DNA of 64,000 bases from Anthoceros angustus (GCA_010909165.1 MU008163.1:372001-436000); one strand, 5' to 3'. Shown: positions 11,478-23,877, counted from the stretch's first letter. Notes: generated by a model from the letters alone, not told the origin. A program made the numbers and translations.

Positions 11478-13998
11478 ATGTGGGATCTCAAACCTCATTC
11501 GGGGAGATTTCCGTTGCCGGAGCGGTTCTGGCATCACGGCAGACTGGACGGCCATGCTGCTGCGGCAACGTCACTGTACTGGTTGCGGTTGACGCAGGGA
11601 TGGAGCATTCCCATTCTTCACCTTGTCAACTACATCTGCGCAATTTTTGTCTCTCTGGTCTACCTTCAAAGACTCTCTGCCGTTGTGCTGCGCTATGTGG
11701 CCAAGTGTCGGGGGATAACTCCCCAGAAGCTCTACAAGCATGAGCCATTGAAATGGGAAGACGGGAATCTGGCTCACATTCCGACGGTGCTAGTTCAAAT
11801 ACCCATGTACAACGAGAGAGAGGTGGGTGCTGAAGGTGTTCGATCGAAAAGATGGAGCATGTGACAAAAGCGTTGTCAGAAGATGGCAACTGCTCGTTGT
11901 TTGGTCACATCGTATGCCTGCATTTGAACGACTGTGGCATTTTCACTTGCAGGTTTACCATCTTTCCATTGGTGCTGCTTGCAAGCTGAACTGGCCTAAG
12001 GATCGACTGATCGTCCAGGTTCTTGATGATTCCACGGACGTCGAAGTCAAGGTGCATTCACTCACCAACTGTGCTAGCTGACGGAGCCAAATGGATCCAA
12101 AGATGATGTTAATTTTCCATGCGTGTGTTTTCTATGTATTGTCTGACGTGAAGTGCGAGCATGGCTGTGAACAGGCGCTGGTGAAGAGCGAATGTGAGAT
12201 GTGGCAAAAGCGTGGGGTCAATGTTAAATATGAGACTCGTGACGGTAGAGAAGGCTACAAGGCAGGCAATCTCCGGGCGGGTTTGCAGCACAGCTATGTC
12301 AGAGACTGCGACTATGTGGCTATCTTTGATGCCGATTTCCAGCCTCACCCTGAATTCTTAGAGCGAGGTCTCCCCTTCCTTGTGCATAATCCGGAGCTGG
12401 GGCATCTCATGGGCGGGGTTAGACCTGGTGAGTTGCTCATATTTGCTTCCTACGAGGTCCTTTCTGTATCCATGGGCAGTGCCCTTTCCTTCCTTTGGAT
12501 TTAAGCTACTCTGGCACTCTTACTTGCTGACTGTTTTTATGTGCAAATGTGTTGTGACAGTGAACCCAGACGAATGCCTGATAACGAAGTTACAGGGATT
12601 TACATTCGCTGGTAAACTGAGTGAAGAAATTGGCTCGGCTTTCTTTGGCCTCGCTGTCTTTTTTGGTATGGGATATACCTTGATTGTAGTGAGTGGAGTC
12701 ACGCACATCCTGCGCTTTGCATGTTGTCATATTGCTTATCCGCAACTTCCTGAATCTAAACTTCAAGGCTTTTTTCTCTGCGTCAGGCACTGGAGGTATA
12801 TGGAGGATGAAAGCTATCCATGACTCGGGAGGATGGCAAAGCAGAGTTCTTGTTGAGGACACCGACTTGAGCCTGTGCTCCTGCCTGAAGGGTTGGAAGT
12901 CTGTGTTCGTGCCGGATTTTCCTGTAAGTAAACTGAATTGTGCAACTGAATTGGTCCCCTTCAGACAAAGCTTTTTGGGGGCGATGTCTGATAGATTGTT
13001 GGTTTTCAATTGCAGGGCTTGGGTGAAGTTGCAGCGACTTACCAGACTTACCGCATCCAGACAACTCGATGGACCGGTGGGGTAGTAAACCTATTACAGC
13101 TGCATTTCCTCGACGTGTTGAGGAGCAAGGTAAGGTTGTCCATTGAATAGGGATGGTGGAACGACATGGAAAATTGCATAGAAAAGCTGATGGTCAAGAC
13201 GACACTACTGACCTTGGACCTTCAGAGCAAGGTTTCTGATGTTTACCAGCTTCTGGGCTGTGCAGGCTTTGAGCTTTGGCACAAAATACTACATCCTGTG
13301 CGACCTCTTCGGCTTCCTGTTGTACGAAGGTGTTGCCGCACTGCTTCTCTGGGGCGTACTCATTCCCACGGCATTGTTAGTTCGTGACATCAACATCCCA
13401 GGAGCTGTACTGATCGGGCCTCCTCTGTTTCTCGTCACCGCCGCGTTTGTGGCAAAGCCTAGGTATTGGTAGTTCTTACACACCACTAATGCTTACAAGG
13501 CTGCAATTGGAGAATTGATCAGTTGCTGATTGTCAGTGCAGGTCGTCTTATCACGTCTTCGAGTGGCTCTTCTTTGAGAACGTCAGAGGCATTTACAAAG
13601 CCAGAGTGATCTTGTTCACACTGTTGGGCTTTGCTCCAACAACTTGGATCGTAACAAAGCGATCGACAAAGACATCTGAATCGAAACAGAAAGACAATGC
13701 AGGCAAAGACGATAGGTAAGCTACGGTGGTATTACGCAAACTGTGACTTGTTTGCAGTATGACATCAAACTGGAAGAGAAAACATTACATAGAAAACAGG
13801 TGGTTCTGACTTTTAATGGTTTCCATTGTCGACAGGGGTTTATTCTACTTCGAACTGCTGATGGGCTTGTTCCTCTTCATCTCGGCATCGTGTGCGTCTC
13901 CGTCCAATTTCCCATCCCCACTATTTTGGCCGCTGCGCATTTTCTTGTATCTTCAGTCGTTAGCTTTCTTCTTGTGTGGAATGGACGTAAGAGTGTAA
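11478..13998 (+). CDS. Cellulose synthase-like A (glucomannan synthase-like GT2), ~9 exons, divergent; start uncertain
   Basis: GT-AG exons about 11478-11822, 11953-12051, 12175-12427, 12561-12664, 12788-12923, 13016-13129, 13267-13462, 13542-13715 and 13836-13998. They encode [47 protein letters not shown] and C-terminal TM helices. Confidence 0.85.
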
Positions 13999-14378
13999 AG
14001 AAATAACAGTTTTCCGTCATCCACTGCGCGCCCCGGTTGACATGATATTATCTTGTATATATCAATCTGTATAGATAGTGCCACTCTTTTACCCTGTGCA
14101 ATAGGGCATACGTATGTAGTGTGCCTCTCTCCTACTGTACGCAATATAACACTTCCTTACAGTGTCAATACGAAGGATTGCAGTAGATACCCCCAGAATA
14201 AATATCAAGCAACCTCAACCTCCGAGAACGTTCGTCAGCAGGACAGAGGAACTTTCGCTCACCAGTCAAAAAGTAGTCGACAGTAAATTAAGAATTGAAT
14301 ATGAATTGACTTCACATTCCCCTGCAACCACATTGTGAAGGGGGAAGACAGGTTGCTGCTTCCGCCAAGATTGCAAAA

Positions 14379-16382
14379 ATGGGGAGGATTCAATTGTATT
14401 TGCTACTGGCTACTGCACTTGCCCTGCTCGTTTGCAGACCTGCCCTTGGTAAGATTCTCATTGTCAGATCTGCAGGCACTCGGGAATTGCTGTACGCCGG
14501 ATTTGTTGCTCTGGACATGACTTCTGAAATACTGCAGCTGCAGGAAAGCCATCTGCAATCTTCGTGTTTGGAGACTCCTTTTCGGACACTGGAAATGCCA
14601 ACAAGACTGATCCCCTTTTCAATCGTTCATGGAGGTACCCATATGGCATCACTTGGCCTGGGCATCCTGCCGGCCGCTTCTCTAACGGCAAAGTTTCCAC
14701 AGACTTCCTTGGTAGGTTCTTCCATTCTGTGGCTTTCCTCCTGAGAAACAGCAAGCTTCAATGCCAGGGCTGGAGGAAGTGTCACTGAGACAAATGTGGG
14801 TCTCGGTTTGCAGCGGAGCTCATTGGGCTTCCGTCTCCCATACCATATAAATCTATCACCAGCAGCACGCCTTCAAATCACTTCAAGCATGGCATCAACT
14901 TCGCTGTCTCGCAATCAGGAGTGTTTCCAAACCTCAATCTTGCCAGCCTGTACCAGCAGGTGGAACAGTTGGAGGGCATCATCAGCAAGAATGGGCAGCT
15001 TTTTGCCCCACAGCACTCCATCGTGTTTCTCTTCAGCAATGGCAACGACTATGCCCGCTTGTTTGCACAAAATGCCTCTGCCACCGGCGCAGTAAGCTTC
15101 GCATCTCCCCCTTTCCCTCATCTGTTTTCCTGATTGGGCTTTAGCTAATGTCTTGGTGTCGTGCAGGACTTCCTGGCCCTGGCGGACAATGTAGCCTCAG
15201 GACATGAAGAGAATATCAAGAAGCTGTACAATGCAGGCTTTCGCTACTTCGCAGTTGGCAACCTGATACAACTGGAGTGTATTCCGAGCAATACTGGGCC
15301 CAATCACACCGCTTGTCTCTCGGGATCATTCTTTGAAGCTCTGAGCAACTACCATAACAGCAAACTGTCTGCCGTCATCCAAACCCTGCAAACATCACTG
15401 CCAGGAGCAAAGCTGGTGGATCTGGACGTGAGCAAGGCATTCAACTACGTCTTCCAAAACCCGCACTGGTTCGGTAAGACACACTCACAACCCCCTCCAA
15501 CTCCTAACTGCATATGCATCCGTCTAACTCTTCCACCTCTGCAGGTTTCCCAAACCCCCTAGCAGATTGCTGCAGTGGCACAACTCCAGGCAAATTATGC
15601 GGAGACAAGGACGCAACTGGCAACCCTCTCTACACTGTGTGCGCACACCCTGAGCAGTACGTCTTCTGGGACGACGAGCACCCCTCCGAGGCAGGGTGGG
15701 AAGCAGCCACAAACCTCCTCTTCTCAGGCTTCAACATCACTGGATTCTCTCCCAACCTCTTCGTCTGGCTCAACACACTCAACCTCTCCAGCAAACCAAA
15801 ATACACAAATCCAGGTAACCAAGACCCTTCCGCTTCCTCCCACTTGCTTTCCACTCTCGCTTAACCCCTTAATCCCTAACCCCTCCCACTGTCATTGCAG
15901 AGAAAATCAACCAAATAGCCGCCAATCTCGTGAAAACGTTGCAGAATTCAGGAGAGTATCCTCAGCTTGTGCAGCTTATCAGGAATGCCGACATTCTCAA
16001 CAATCTTCCAACAACCTTCCTCAGCCATTTCGGGGCTGTCACTGCCTTCGTCCCCACAGAGGCCACAGTTCAGCATCAGCTCGGGCAAGATATCCTACAA
16101 CAGTTCTCATCCCTGACAACGGAGGTGGCTCTACTGCAACTGGTGTATGGCTTCTGGCCCCCAGAACGCCTGCTGAAACACAGCGGCCATTTCTTGCGAA
16201 CTCTGGGAGGTGCCAAACTCCAAGTGCTGGTCGAAGGAGGCAGCATTTTCCTCAAGCTGGGCGAGAACATAGTGAGCGTCGTGAATCCATCTTTCTTTTC
16301 TGTGAAGGGAGTGGTGTTGGTGCATCAAACCAGCGCCCTCCTCCTTCCTCGCCGACTCTCTCCTCTCCTGAGAGATGCATGA
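14379..16382 (+). CDS. Secreted GDSL/SGNH esterase-lipase with a C-terminal fasciclin (FAS1) domain, 6 exons
   Basis: Signal peptide, FVFGDSFSDTGN, PYG..GRFSNG, GINFA, SNGNDY and FWDDEHP. The phase-1 intron 15815-15900 joins in frame to an exon with the FAS1 H1-like motif VTAFVPT and H2-like motif VHQTSALLLP. Confidence 0.82.
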
Positions 16383-16887
16383 CATCCATCGCATCACCTT
16401 GGCATCCCGCGCATGCAAGCGGTGATGTGCGACTGGTTTGACCGTCTCTTGCGATCTGACAAACATCCAGTGACTGTGCTGCTTCGTCCTCGCCACCGGC
16501 TGTCCCCGGTATGTCCTGCATGTTTGCATGCAAACGACGAGTCCCACTTCGCTTGCCACGACTGCTAGCAGCGCATGGCTTCCGGCCTTTTTCTCTCGTT
16601 CCAGCCGCTCTTTCTCCTCGCGTTTCACAAATCAGCCGGTCCTTGAATGCTAATCAGGCGTCATCTCCAGCGTTTGCTGAACAATTGCTGCTAAGGTACG
16701 GTCTCCTTCCTCGATAGATCATCACGGCAATCGATGCCTACAACAGCTTGAATGCATGTCAATTCGTGTTCACCTTGCTTCGTGTGTGTGTGAATTCAAA
16801 GCGGAGTGATCAGATCTCACTGAACCTGCAGGATTGCACCGAATTAAGCTCAGATTGGGATTAAGTTCGCTGCTTTGGTCAGGTGAA

Positions 16888-17259
16888 ATGGATCGTTCCC
16901 GGGAGAAGGTGCAGGAGGGAGCGGACAAGGCTAAGCGGGAGGCGCAATCCGCGTTTCATGACATCGGGGAGGGCCGTGCTCCCAGCGGCAAGAGTGTGCT
17001 CGGCGTGCTGGCGCTGTTGGCGGTGGGAGCAACTGTGCTGACGCTGGGAGGATTAACCATCGGCGGCATCCTGCTCACGCTCCTGGTGCTCTCGCCTATT
17101 CTGATCCCTCTCAGTCCTATTCTGGTGCCTGCGGCCATCTTCACCATCGGTGGCCTCATCACGGCTGTGGTCAGCACCATCGCGATTTTCTATGGCATCA
17201 CGAGAGGGTACAGTCTTCTGAAGGGGGCGCATCCGGGCGGGCGGCAGCAGCTCACGTAG
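16888..17259 (+). CDS. Oleosin (oil-body protein) with a short C-terminal arm
   Basis: ~70-aa hydrophobic hairpin with proline knot SPILIPLSPILVPA (Px5SPx3P), followed by GAHPGG. Confidence 0.88.
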   Translation: MDRSREKVQEGADKAKREAQSAFHDIGEGRAPSGKSVLGVLALLAVGATVLTLGGLTIGGILLTLLVLSPILIPLSPILVPAAIFTIGGLITAVVSTIAIFYGITRGYSLLKGAHPGGRQQLT

Positions 17260-18325
17260 ACTGTTTCGGATTTTAGTGAGTTGAGATAGGACTCCCTCTC
17301 TGTGGTTGTGAAGTTTGTCTACTGCTGAATATCTCGGTCTTGGGTTCACATTCTCTTTGTAAAACATCCTGCAAAGTAGCATCTCGCAACACATTTTCGC
17401 ACATGACTTTTTACAGTTGGATCGACCTGGACTGCCATGGACACAGTACTTCTAAACAGTAAACAGCTTTCCAAGCTCATGCCATGCAGCATCTTTCTAC
17501 ATTACGAAGTTCCAAGCTCATACCATCCAGCATGTTTCTATACTTGAGTTGGACTGTGCGCAAAACGCATCATCCGCTTGTGACATGGTGCACATACAGT
17601 CCAAGGTTCAGCAAGCGGATGTTGTACGTACCGTCCAAGGCTGAACTGTGGACAGTTAAATGGGAAAAGATAACGCATCCAAGTTTTCTCAACAGAGTAT
17701 GTGGCCTATTTCTTGGGCAGTGTACGCTCCAAGCCCCAGAGCATGGAATCTCCTGGTAACGGCCCATCTTCACATACACGGAATCCAGAGAACATAGACT
17801 CCCCTGATAAACCTCCCAACTTCACATACACGGTGCCTGATCTGCCCAAGTGCCGCCTCAGTCCAGAAGAATTTGTGGAAGGCCTGTGTTCTGCCTACAC
17901 TTGGAAACCAGGTTTAGGGTTTTAGCTCCTGGGCGTCGCTCGAAACGCGCTTCTCAAGCAGCTGAGGATTACGGCATCCAGGCCTTCGGAGTGTGGTGAA
18001 ACAGCGACTTGTTGACGGGAGAGGCGGTGAAGTTCTCAGTATGTTTGTTGCACGATGCCTTGGGGAGCCAGCATGTGCAATCAGGCCGACCCGCGATTCC
18101 GGGCTACCGGTATGCGTTCCTGAAACCCAGTTCTGGCTTTGCTATCTTTGGAGATGGTGTGTGTGGAGCTGAGGCATTCCTTGCTGCGCAGATTCTTGGT
18201 TACCGGCAGAAGGGGCCATCTGGAGTGTTCAACGGACCGTGAAGACAGTTGGTTCTTCCGCTTGCTCACTCAGTTGAGCTTTGTTTCTTGGATGCTGGTT
18301 TGAGCATCAGTGTTGGTAGAAGGAC

Positions 18326-19891
18326 ATGGCACTACTCCTCCTCCAACCCCTAGTTCATAGCTCGCAAGTTGCAAGCGATACCAGAGTTGGCCTGCCTCAA
18401 ATAGAATGTAGGCACCCCCTGCATGCCTGCCACCTTAGAATTCCTCCTGCCTCCCGCACAATTTCTACCGCTGTTTATCGTAGGTACATCTGTCCCGGCT
18501 CCCTGCAGACAAGGGAACTGATTCCATTCACCTGCAGTAGCATTGCTTTTTGCGATGGGTGCCTAGGGAGGGGCACGCAGCAGATCCGGGTTCTGAAGAG
18601 TCTCAAAATGTCTTCTCCGGTCTCTGTCCCTGTCACTTCTGAAGTTCGGCGAAGAAATCAGCTCTGGGCTGGTGCAGGGCGACCTTCTCGGGCTCCACAC
18701 CAGAGCTTGGCAGGTAGATGTGCAGTGTCCGACAGTTCAGCTGCCTACCAGGACGCAGGAGGACTGGATTCTGTGATTGAAGAATTCAAACGGGAAGCCT
18801 ATGATCGTGATGTATTAGCAGGGTCGATTATTGGCCTCATTTTACAGAAGGGGGATGGGTTCCACCTGTGTATCAAGTCGTTAGAGGTAGATCCTGCCTA
18901 TCGGAGACGAAAAGTCGGTAAGTCTTTGAGCTTGCATCGCAGCGGCTGCCAAAGAGTGCGTATAGGCAGACTCGACTTGTTTGTGTTCCATTATCTCAGA
19001 ATGCTTCGTTTGACTATGTGCTTGGCAGGGACTATGCTGGTGAAGGACTGTCTCGGTGTTGCTAGGCGGGAGTACAATGTTGTCGAAGCTTACGTATACG
19101 TTCCTACCGCAGACTATGGTAGTATAGCATTCTTTCAAAGATGTGACTTTACAGTGAAGGAAAGGATTCAAGATTATTATCAAGGGGCTGACCACCCTGA
19201 TTGCTTTGTCCTGTCAAAAAGAGGTTGGCTCTGTTTCTGTGTATTTCAGTTTGCTGTAGGTTGACTGAGATGGCTTTCCCTGGCTGCCAGTAGGTTCTTA
19301 CAAGTGTTTGTGATGATGGGCTCCAGGTGGATTATGGTGGGATTCGCATATCTCAGACCGTCAGGATGCTAATTTAGGTCCGTTCACACCCGACAATGTA
19401 AACCACGACTTGATAGAAGCTGGCACTGTAGTTGCAGAATTTGAAAAGAAGGCTGAATGGCCAGGAGAAGCTGTGGCGGGGATTATTGCTTGTCAAGTGG
19501 TACGAACAGCAGATTTTTGGTACCATCTCTATATCAAGTCCGTGTTTATCAATGAGCCGTACAGGAGAAAGACAATTGGTGAGCTATTCTTGCAACTGTT
19601 GCAGACCTTATACCTTACGGAATCGGTTCTTGAGCTCACCTGACATGACTTGTGACCTGTGTCTGGTCGCTTTGAGCAGGGTCACAGTTGTTGAAGATCG
19701 CTCTCGACCTGTCCGTGAAGAAATTTGGGGTTGTGGAAGCTTTTGCGTACGTGCCCACGAACGATTTTCAAGCACAGGCCTTCTGCGAGAAGTCTGGTTT
19801 TACAATCAAGTCAAAGCTCGAAAATTTCTACACCGATGGGCAAGGACCTGACTGCTATGTCTATATCAAGAAATTGATGCTCGAAGATTAG
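18326..19891 (+). CDS. Tandem double-GNAT N-acetyltransferase (NAA50/RimI-like domains) with a possible plastid transit peptide; start at 18326 or 18608
   Basis: Exons to 18917, 19029-19223, 19357-19577 and 19679-19891 join in frame. Two copies of HL.IKS...PYRR..(V/I)G / EA.(V/A)YVPT....AF....F.(V/I)K....(Y/F)Y...PDC.V. Confidence 0.75.
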
Positions 19892-20571
19892 AGCGAATCA
19901 CTCATTGCACAAGAAGCAGACTGTTCAACGAAAGATGTCGTATGAACCTGACAGCAGCCGGATGGCAGGAAGGTCATCTTCTCTATTTTTCACTCGAATT
20001 ACAAAATTGCATCTTTCAACGTGAACGTGTAAGTCTCCTGAACCAGAACGTCCACCAGCAAATGCCCATGCACCTATTTTCTTCATCCATATAGCAGTGG
20101 AAGTATGTGGGAAAGGTGATATGTATAGAGGATGGTCTAGGAAGTCGACCAGCAAAAGTCCATGGACGTTTTCCTTCATATGGTGGACCTCTTCCTTCAT
20201 AAGAAGACAGACAGAACGATCTTTGCAAGAGTACGAAACTTCTGCAAGAGAGAGGACTTGTGTGAGAGGAAGAGTGTCTGAAAGGAGACGCAAAAGTAAG
20301 AGACTTTTTGGAGAGGAAGAGTGCCTGGAAGGAGTCACACAGAACAACCTTTATGAAAGTGAGAGACTGAAAGGAGACACAGAACGAACTTTGCGAATGA
20401 AAGTGAGAGACTGAAAGGAGACACAGAACGAACTTTGCGAGAGTGAGGGACTCGTGGAAAAAGAAGGCAACAATAACACCCCCTCAAGGGGATGGGGAAA
20501 ACCACGCAGTTAGAAGCAAAACTAGAGTAATAAATCACCAGACACAGCACTAGGCCTCCAAGTAGCCCGCC

Positions 20572-22670
20572 CTCCTCTTCTAGGAGGACTCGCAGACAGT
20601 ACCCTTGCAGCTGCTCTTTACTGCTCTTTACTCTTAAACCACGAGTCAACAAGAACATACAGAGCTGGAGGGCTAGAGAGAACTCCCCATCTTTGCCTAA
20701 GCTAGGAGCTTAGCTCTCCCTTCACTTCACCTCCTCCACAAAGCTCCTTCATAGCACTCTCCTTAGGTGCTTACAGCCCAAGCAACAAGTGCTCTCAAGG
20801 CATAGCCCAAGCATCAAGTGCTCTCAAGGCATAGCCCAAGCATCAAGTGCTCTCAAGGCATAGCCCAAGCATCAAGTGCTCTCAAGGCATAGCCCAAGCA
20901 TCAAGTGCTCTCAAGGCATAGCCCAAGCATCAAGTGCTCTCAACGCATAGCCCAAGCATCAAGTGCTATCAAGGCTCTTCTGTCCTACCTTTAGCCCAGG
21001 GCGAGGTCTCCTTTTATACTCAAAACAGACTCCGCGCAATATCGGCGGATTCTTGAAAGCCTCTTTTGCGCTTTGGGCGGAGGTTGCCACCCCTTTCTCA
21101 TATCAAGCGAAACACGTGTTTTTAAAAGAGATGTCTTTGAATGGCGGGTTCCACTTAGAACAATGTAAGTAATATCGAGGTTTTTCCATGTATGCACACT
21201 TTTGTTTGATCGCGGTCGTCCTTCAGACTTACTGGGGAAAGGCGGTGCGGCACTATGGGTCCAAAACACGTAATATGCATTCAAATCAAAGTCGGGCATT
21301 TTCCACGAAGGGTCAAAACGAATTATACGGTCAACGGACGAGCCCCTCATCTACAAGTCACAGCTGCAAAGGGTCATCTACTTCAACCAAATTGAGCTCC
21401 GAATCGCACCGTTTCTACATTTTCCAAATCCACGCCTTTCCGTGTCACCAAAGTCATCGCCTTCAACGCAAAGCGAAAACGTGAGCCTCTGTTATGCGGT
21501 GGTAGTGTGCCGTTTTCATCCCATATTGTCAATGCCGGTTGGTCTTCAACGGCGGTCGTCACAGGGGTCTGCGAGTCCTTCATTCGACCCTTCTTTCCAA
21601 GCAAGCTATACACTTGCATTTTCTGTCAATGCCTCCTCTTCTAGGAGGACTCGCAGACAGTACCCTTGCAGCTGCTCTTTCTGCTCTTTACTCTTAAACC
21701 ACGAGTCAACAAGAACATACAGAGCTGGAGGGCTAGAGAGAACTCCCCATCTTTGCCTAAGCTAGGAGCTTAGCTCTCCCTTCACTTCACCTCCTCCACA
21801 AAGCTCCTTCATAGCACTCTCCTTAGGTGCTTACAGCCCAAGCAACAAGTGCTCTCAAGGCATAGCCCAAGCATCAAGTGCTCTCAAGGCATAGCCCAAG
21901 CATCAAGTGCTCTCAAGGCATAGCCTGCATCAAGTGCTCTCAAGGCATAGCCCAAGCATCAAGTGCTCTCAAGGCATAGCCCAAGCATCAAGTGCTCTCA
22001 GCATAGCCCAAGCATCAAGTGCTATCAAGGCTCTTGTCCTACCTTTAGCCAGGCGGTCTCCTTTATACTCAAAAGCAGACTCCGCGCAATATCGGCGGAT
22101 TCTTGAAAGCCTCTTTTGCGCTTTGGGCGGAGGTTGCCACCCCTTTCTCATATCAAGCGAAACACGTGTTTTTAAAAGAGATGTGCTGAATGGCAGGTTC
22201 CACTTAGAACAATGTAAGTAATATCGAGGTTTTTCCATGTATGCATACTTTTGTTTGGTCGCGGTCGTCCACCTTCAGACTTACTGGGGAAAGGCGGTGC
22301 GGCACTATGGGTCCAAAACACGTAATATGCATTCAAATCAAAGTCGGGCATTTTCCACGAAGGGTCAAAAGCAGAATTATACGGTCAACGGACGAGCCCC
22401 TCATCTACAAGTCACAGCTGCAAAGGGTCATCTACTTCAACCAAATTGAGCTCCGAATCGCACCGTTTCTACATTTTCCAAATCACGCCTTTCCGTGTCA
22501 CCAAAGTCATCGCCTTCAACGCAAAGCGAAAGCCAGCCTACATTTATATGCGGTGGTAGTGTGCCGTTTTCATCCCATATTGTCAATGCCGGTTGGTCTT
22601 CAACGGCGGTCGTCACAGTCTGCAGTCCTTCATTCGACCCTTCTTTCCAAGCAAGCTATACACTTGCATT
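20572..22670. repeat. Tandem duplication of a ~1.05-kb unit (20572-21620 and 21631-22670), each with an internal 30-bp array (aagtgctctcaaggcatagcccaagcatc)n
   Basis: Both units start gcctcctcttctaggaggactcgcagac and end gcaagctatacacttgcatttt; the differences are mostly small indels. Confidence 0.92.
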
Positions 22671-22689
22671 TTCACATCAATGCCTCTGC

Positions 22690-23570
22690 ACGGATCTCCT
22701 TTGCCCAAAACTTGCAGGCCCCGCGAAAACTTATCATTGTTATTTCTTGAACTCGTCCGGCCGCTCCAACGTTCACTCGTTGTGACATATACATTGAGCA
22801 TCGTGCGTCTTTGTCAATGGCCACAACGTTCCTTTTCCGTTGTATCCGGCCACCAAAATGATCACGATCACGCACGCGTCAACAATCCGATCGTCTTCGT
22901 TGGAGAACATGTTCACCAACATGCCTAATAAGCCCACGGGTTTACGATATGGCGTCGACCATCTTATCACCGATGTGGTAAATCGACTTCTTCACCACGG
23001 TCCATGTCGGATAACTCTTGGCGGCTTTGTTTGATGTCTTTGCGGAAAAGAGGAGCTTTTCCGACATTGGACTCTGTCCTCACTGCGCTTCCAACATCAA
23101 ATATTCCACTTTGTTTCCACGGCACCCTTTGGGTGGGATGTTGGTTTTCTCCCATACCGGTTTGAATGACTCCTTTCACGCACCAAGACCTCAAAGCCTC
23201 CACGGCTTGAATCACCCCATCCACCCCATGCATAAGAATTATCCGAACACATCGCTCGTGGTCTTCTCGTTGAAAGAGCTGATGATCTCTTTCAATTCTT
23301 CTTCAACGAAAGCCTTGTCATTCTCATGCCTGTAAACCTCGAGGGAGGTCGCGAGAAAGAAGAGTATACCTCCTCGGTGGCAAAAATCCTTTCATATCCA
23401 AAATGTCTCGATGCACCACGATATGCCACTTTGTCCAAGACCGGGCACTCTGGCCCTCATGCATCCATGTCCTTATCGGCCATTTGTTTTCGCTCTTCTT
23501 CCATCCGTTTCGATTCGCGCTATAAACAAAATCTTGGAAAGGTTTTGGCGGGCTTTCAAATCCTCAATGT
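22690..23570 (-). pseudogene. Beta-class N6-adenine/N4-cytosine DNA methyltransferase (N6_N4_Mtase-like), frameshifted
   Basis: Joining minus-strand frames gives RYTLL..DLP.G (motif IV-like, ~23368-23336), then WEKTNIPPKGCRGNKVEYLML (~23160-23095), then KPVGLLGMLVNMFSNEDDRIVDAC....ILVAGYN.KRNVVAIDKD (motifs X, I, II; ~22943-22805). This is beta-class order. Motif I glycines and the motif IV tyrosine are corrupted. Confidence 0.68.
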
Positions 23571-23589
23571 CTCCGGTTTACGCAAGCAG

Positions 23590-23856
23590 CAGGCGGTGGT
23601 CGAGAACTCATTGGCGGCGGTGGAGTCGCGGTCGGCGGCGCACTGTGTCGCGGTCAGCGGCGCACTCCACCATGAACCGGTGGCGGCAAATGCGAGTCGC
23701 CCGGTCGGCGGCGCACTCGCAGTGCCGGTCGGCCGGCGCACTCCGCCGGTCGGCCGGTCGCCCGGTCGCGGTCAGCGGCGCACTCGCGTTGCGCCTGGGT
23801 AACAAACAACAAAGTCGCGGTCGGCCGGTCGCCCGGTCGCGGTCGGTGGCGCGCCT
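23590..23856. repeat. GC-rich degenerate repeat (gtcgcggtcggcggcgcact / ccggtcgg), probably intronic
   Basis: Short GC-rich units; a minus-strand GTAAGT donor at 23877-23872 immediately precedes it. Confidence 0.7.
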
Positions 23857-23877
23857 CTAACGAATACACTCACTTAC

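Noticed and set aside
15575-16441. 288-aa Ser/Thr/Pro-rich ORF
   Set aside because: It is an alternative frame over the GDSL and FAS1 exons and crosses an intron.
17701-18242. Short ORFs between the oleosin and GNAT genes
   Set aside because: No recognisable motif and no supportable exon chain.
20787-20972. 30-bp repeat arrays (also 21847-22030), plus the 33-bp and 32-bp arrays, as possible CRISPR arrays
   Set aside because: The units are contiguous with no unique spacers, there are no cas genes, and the context is eukaryotic.
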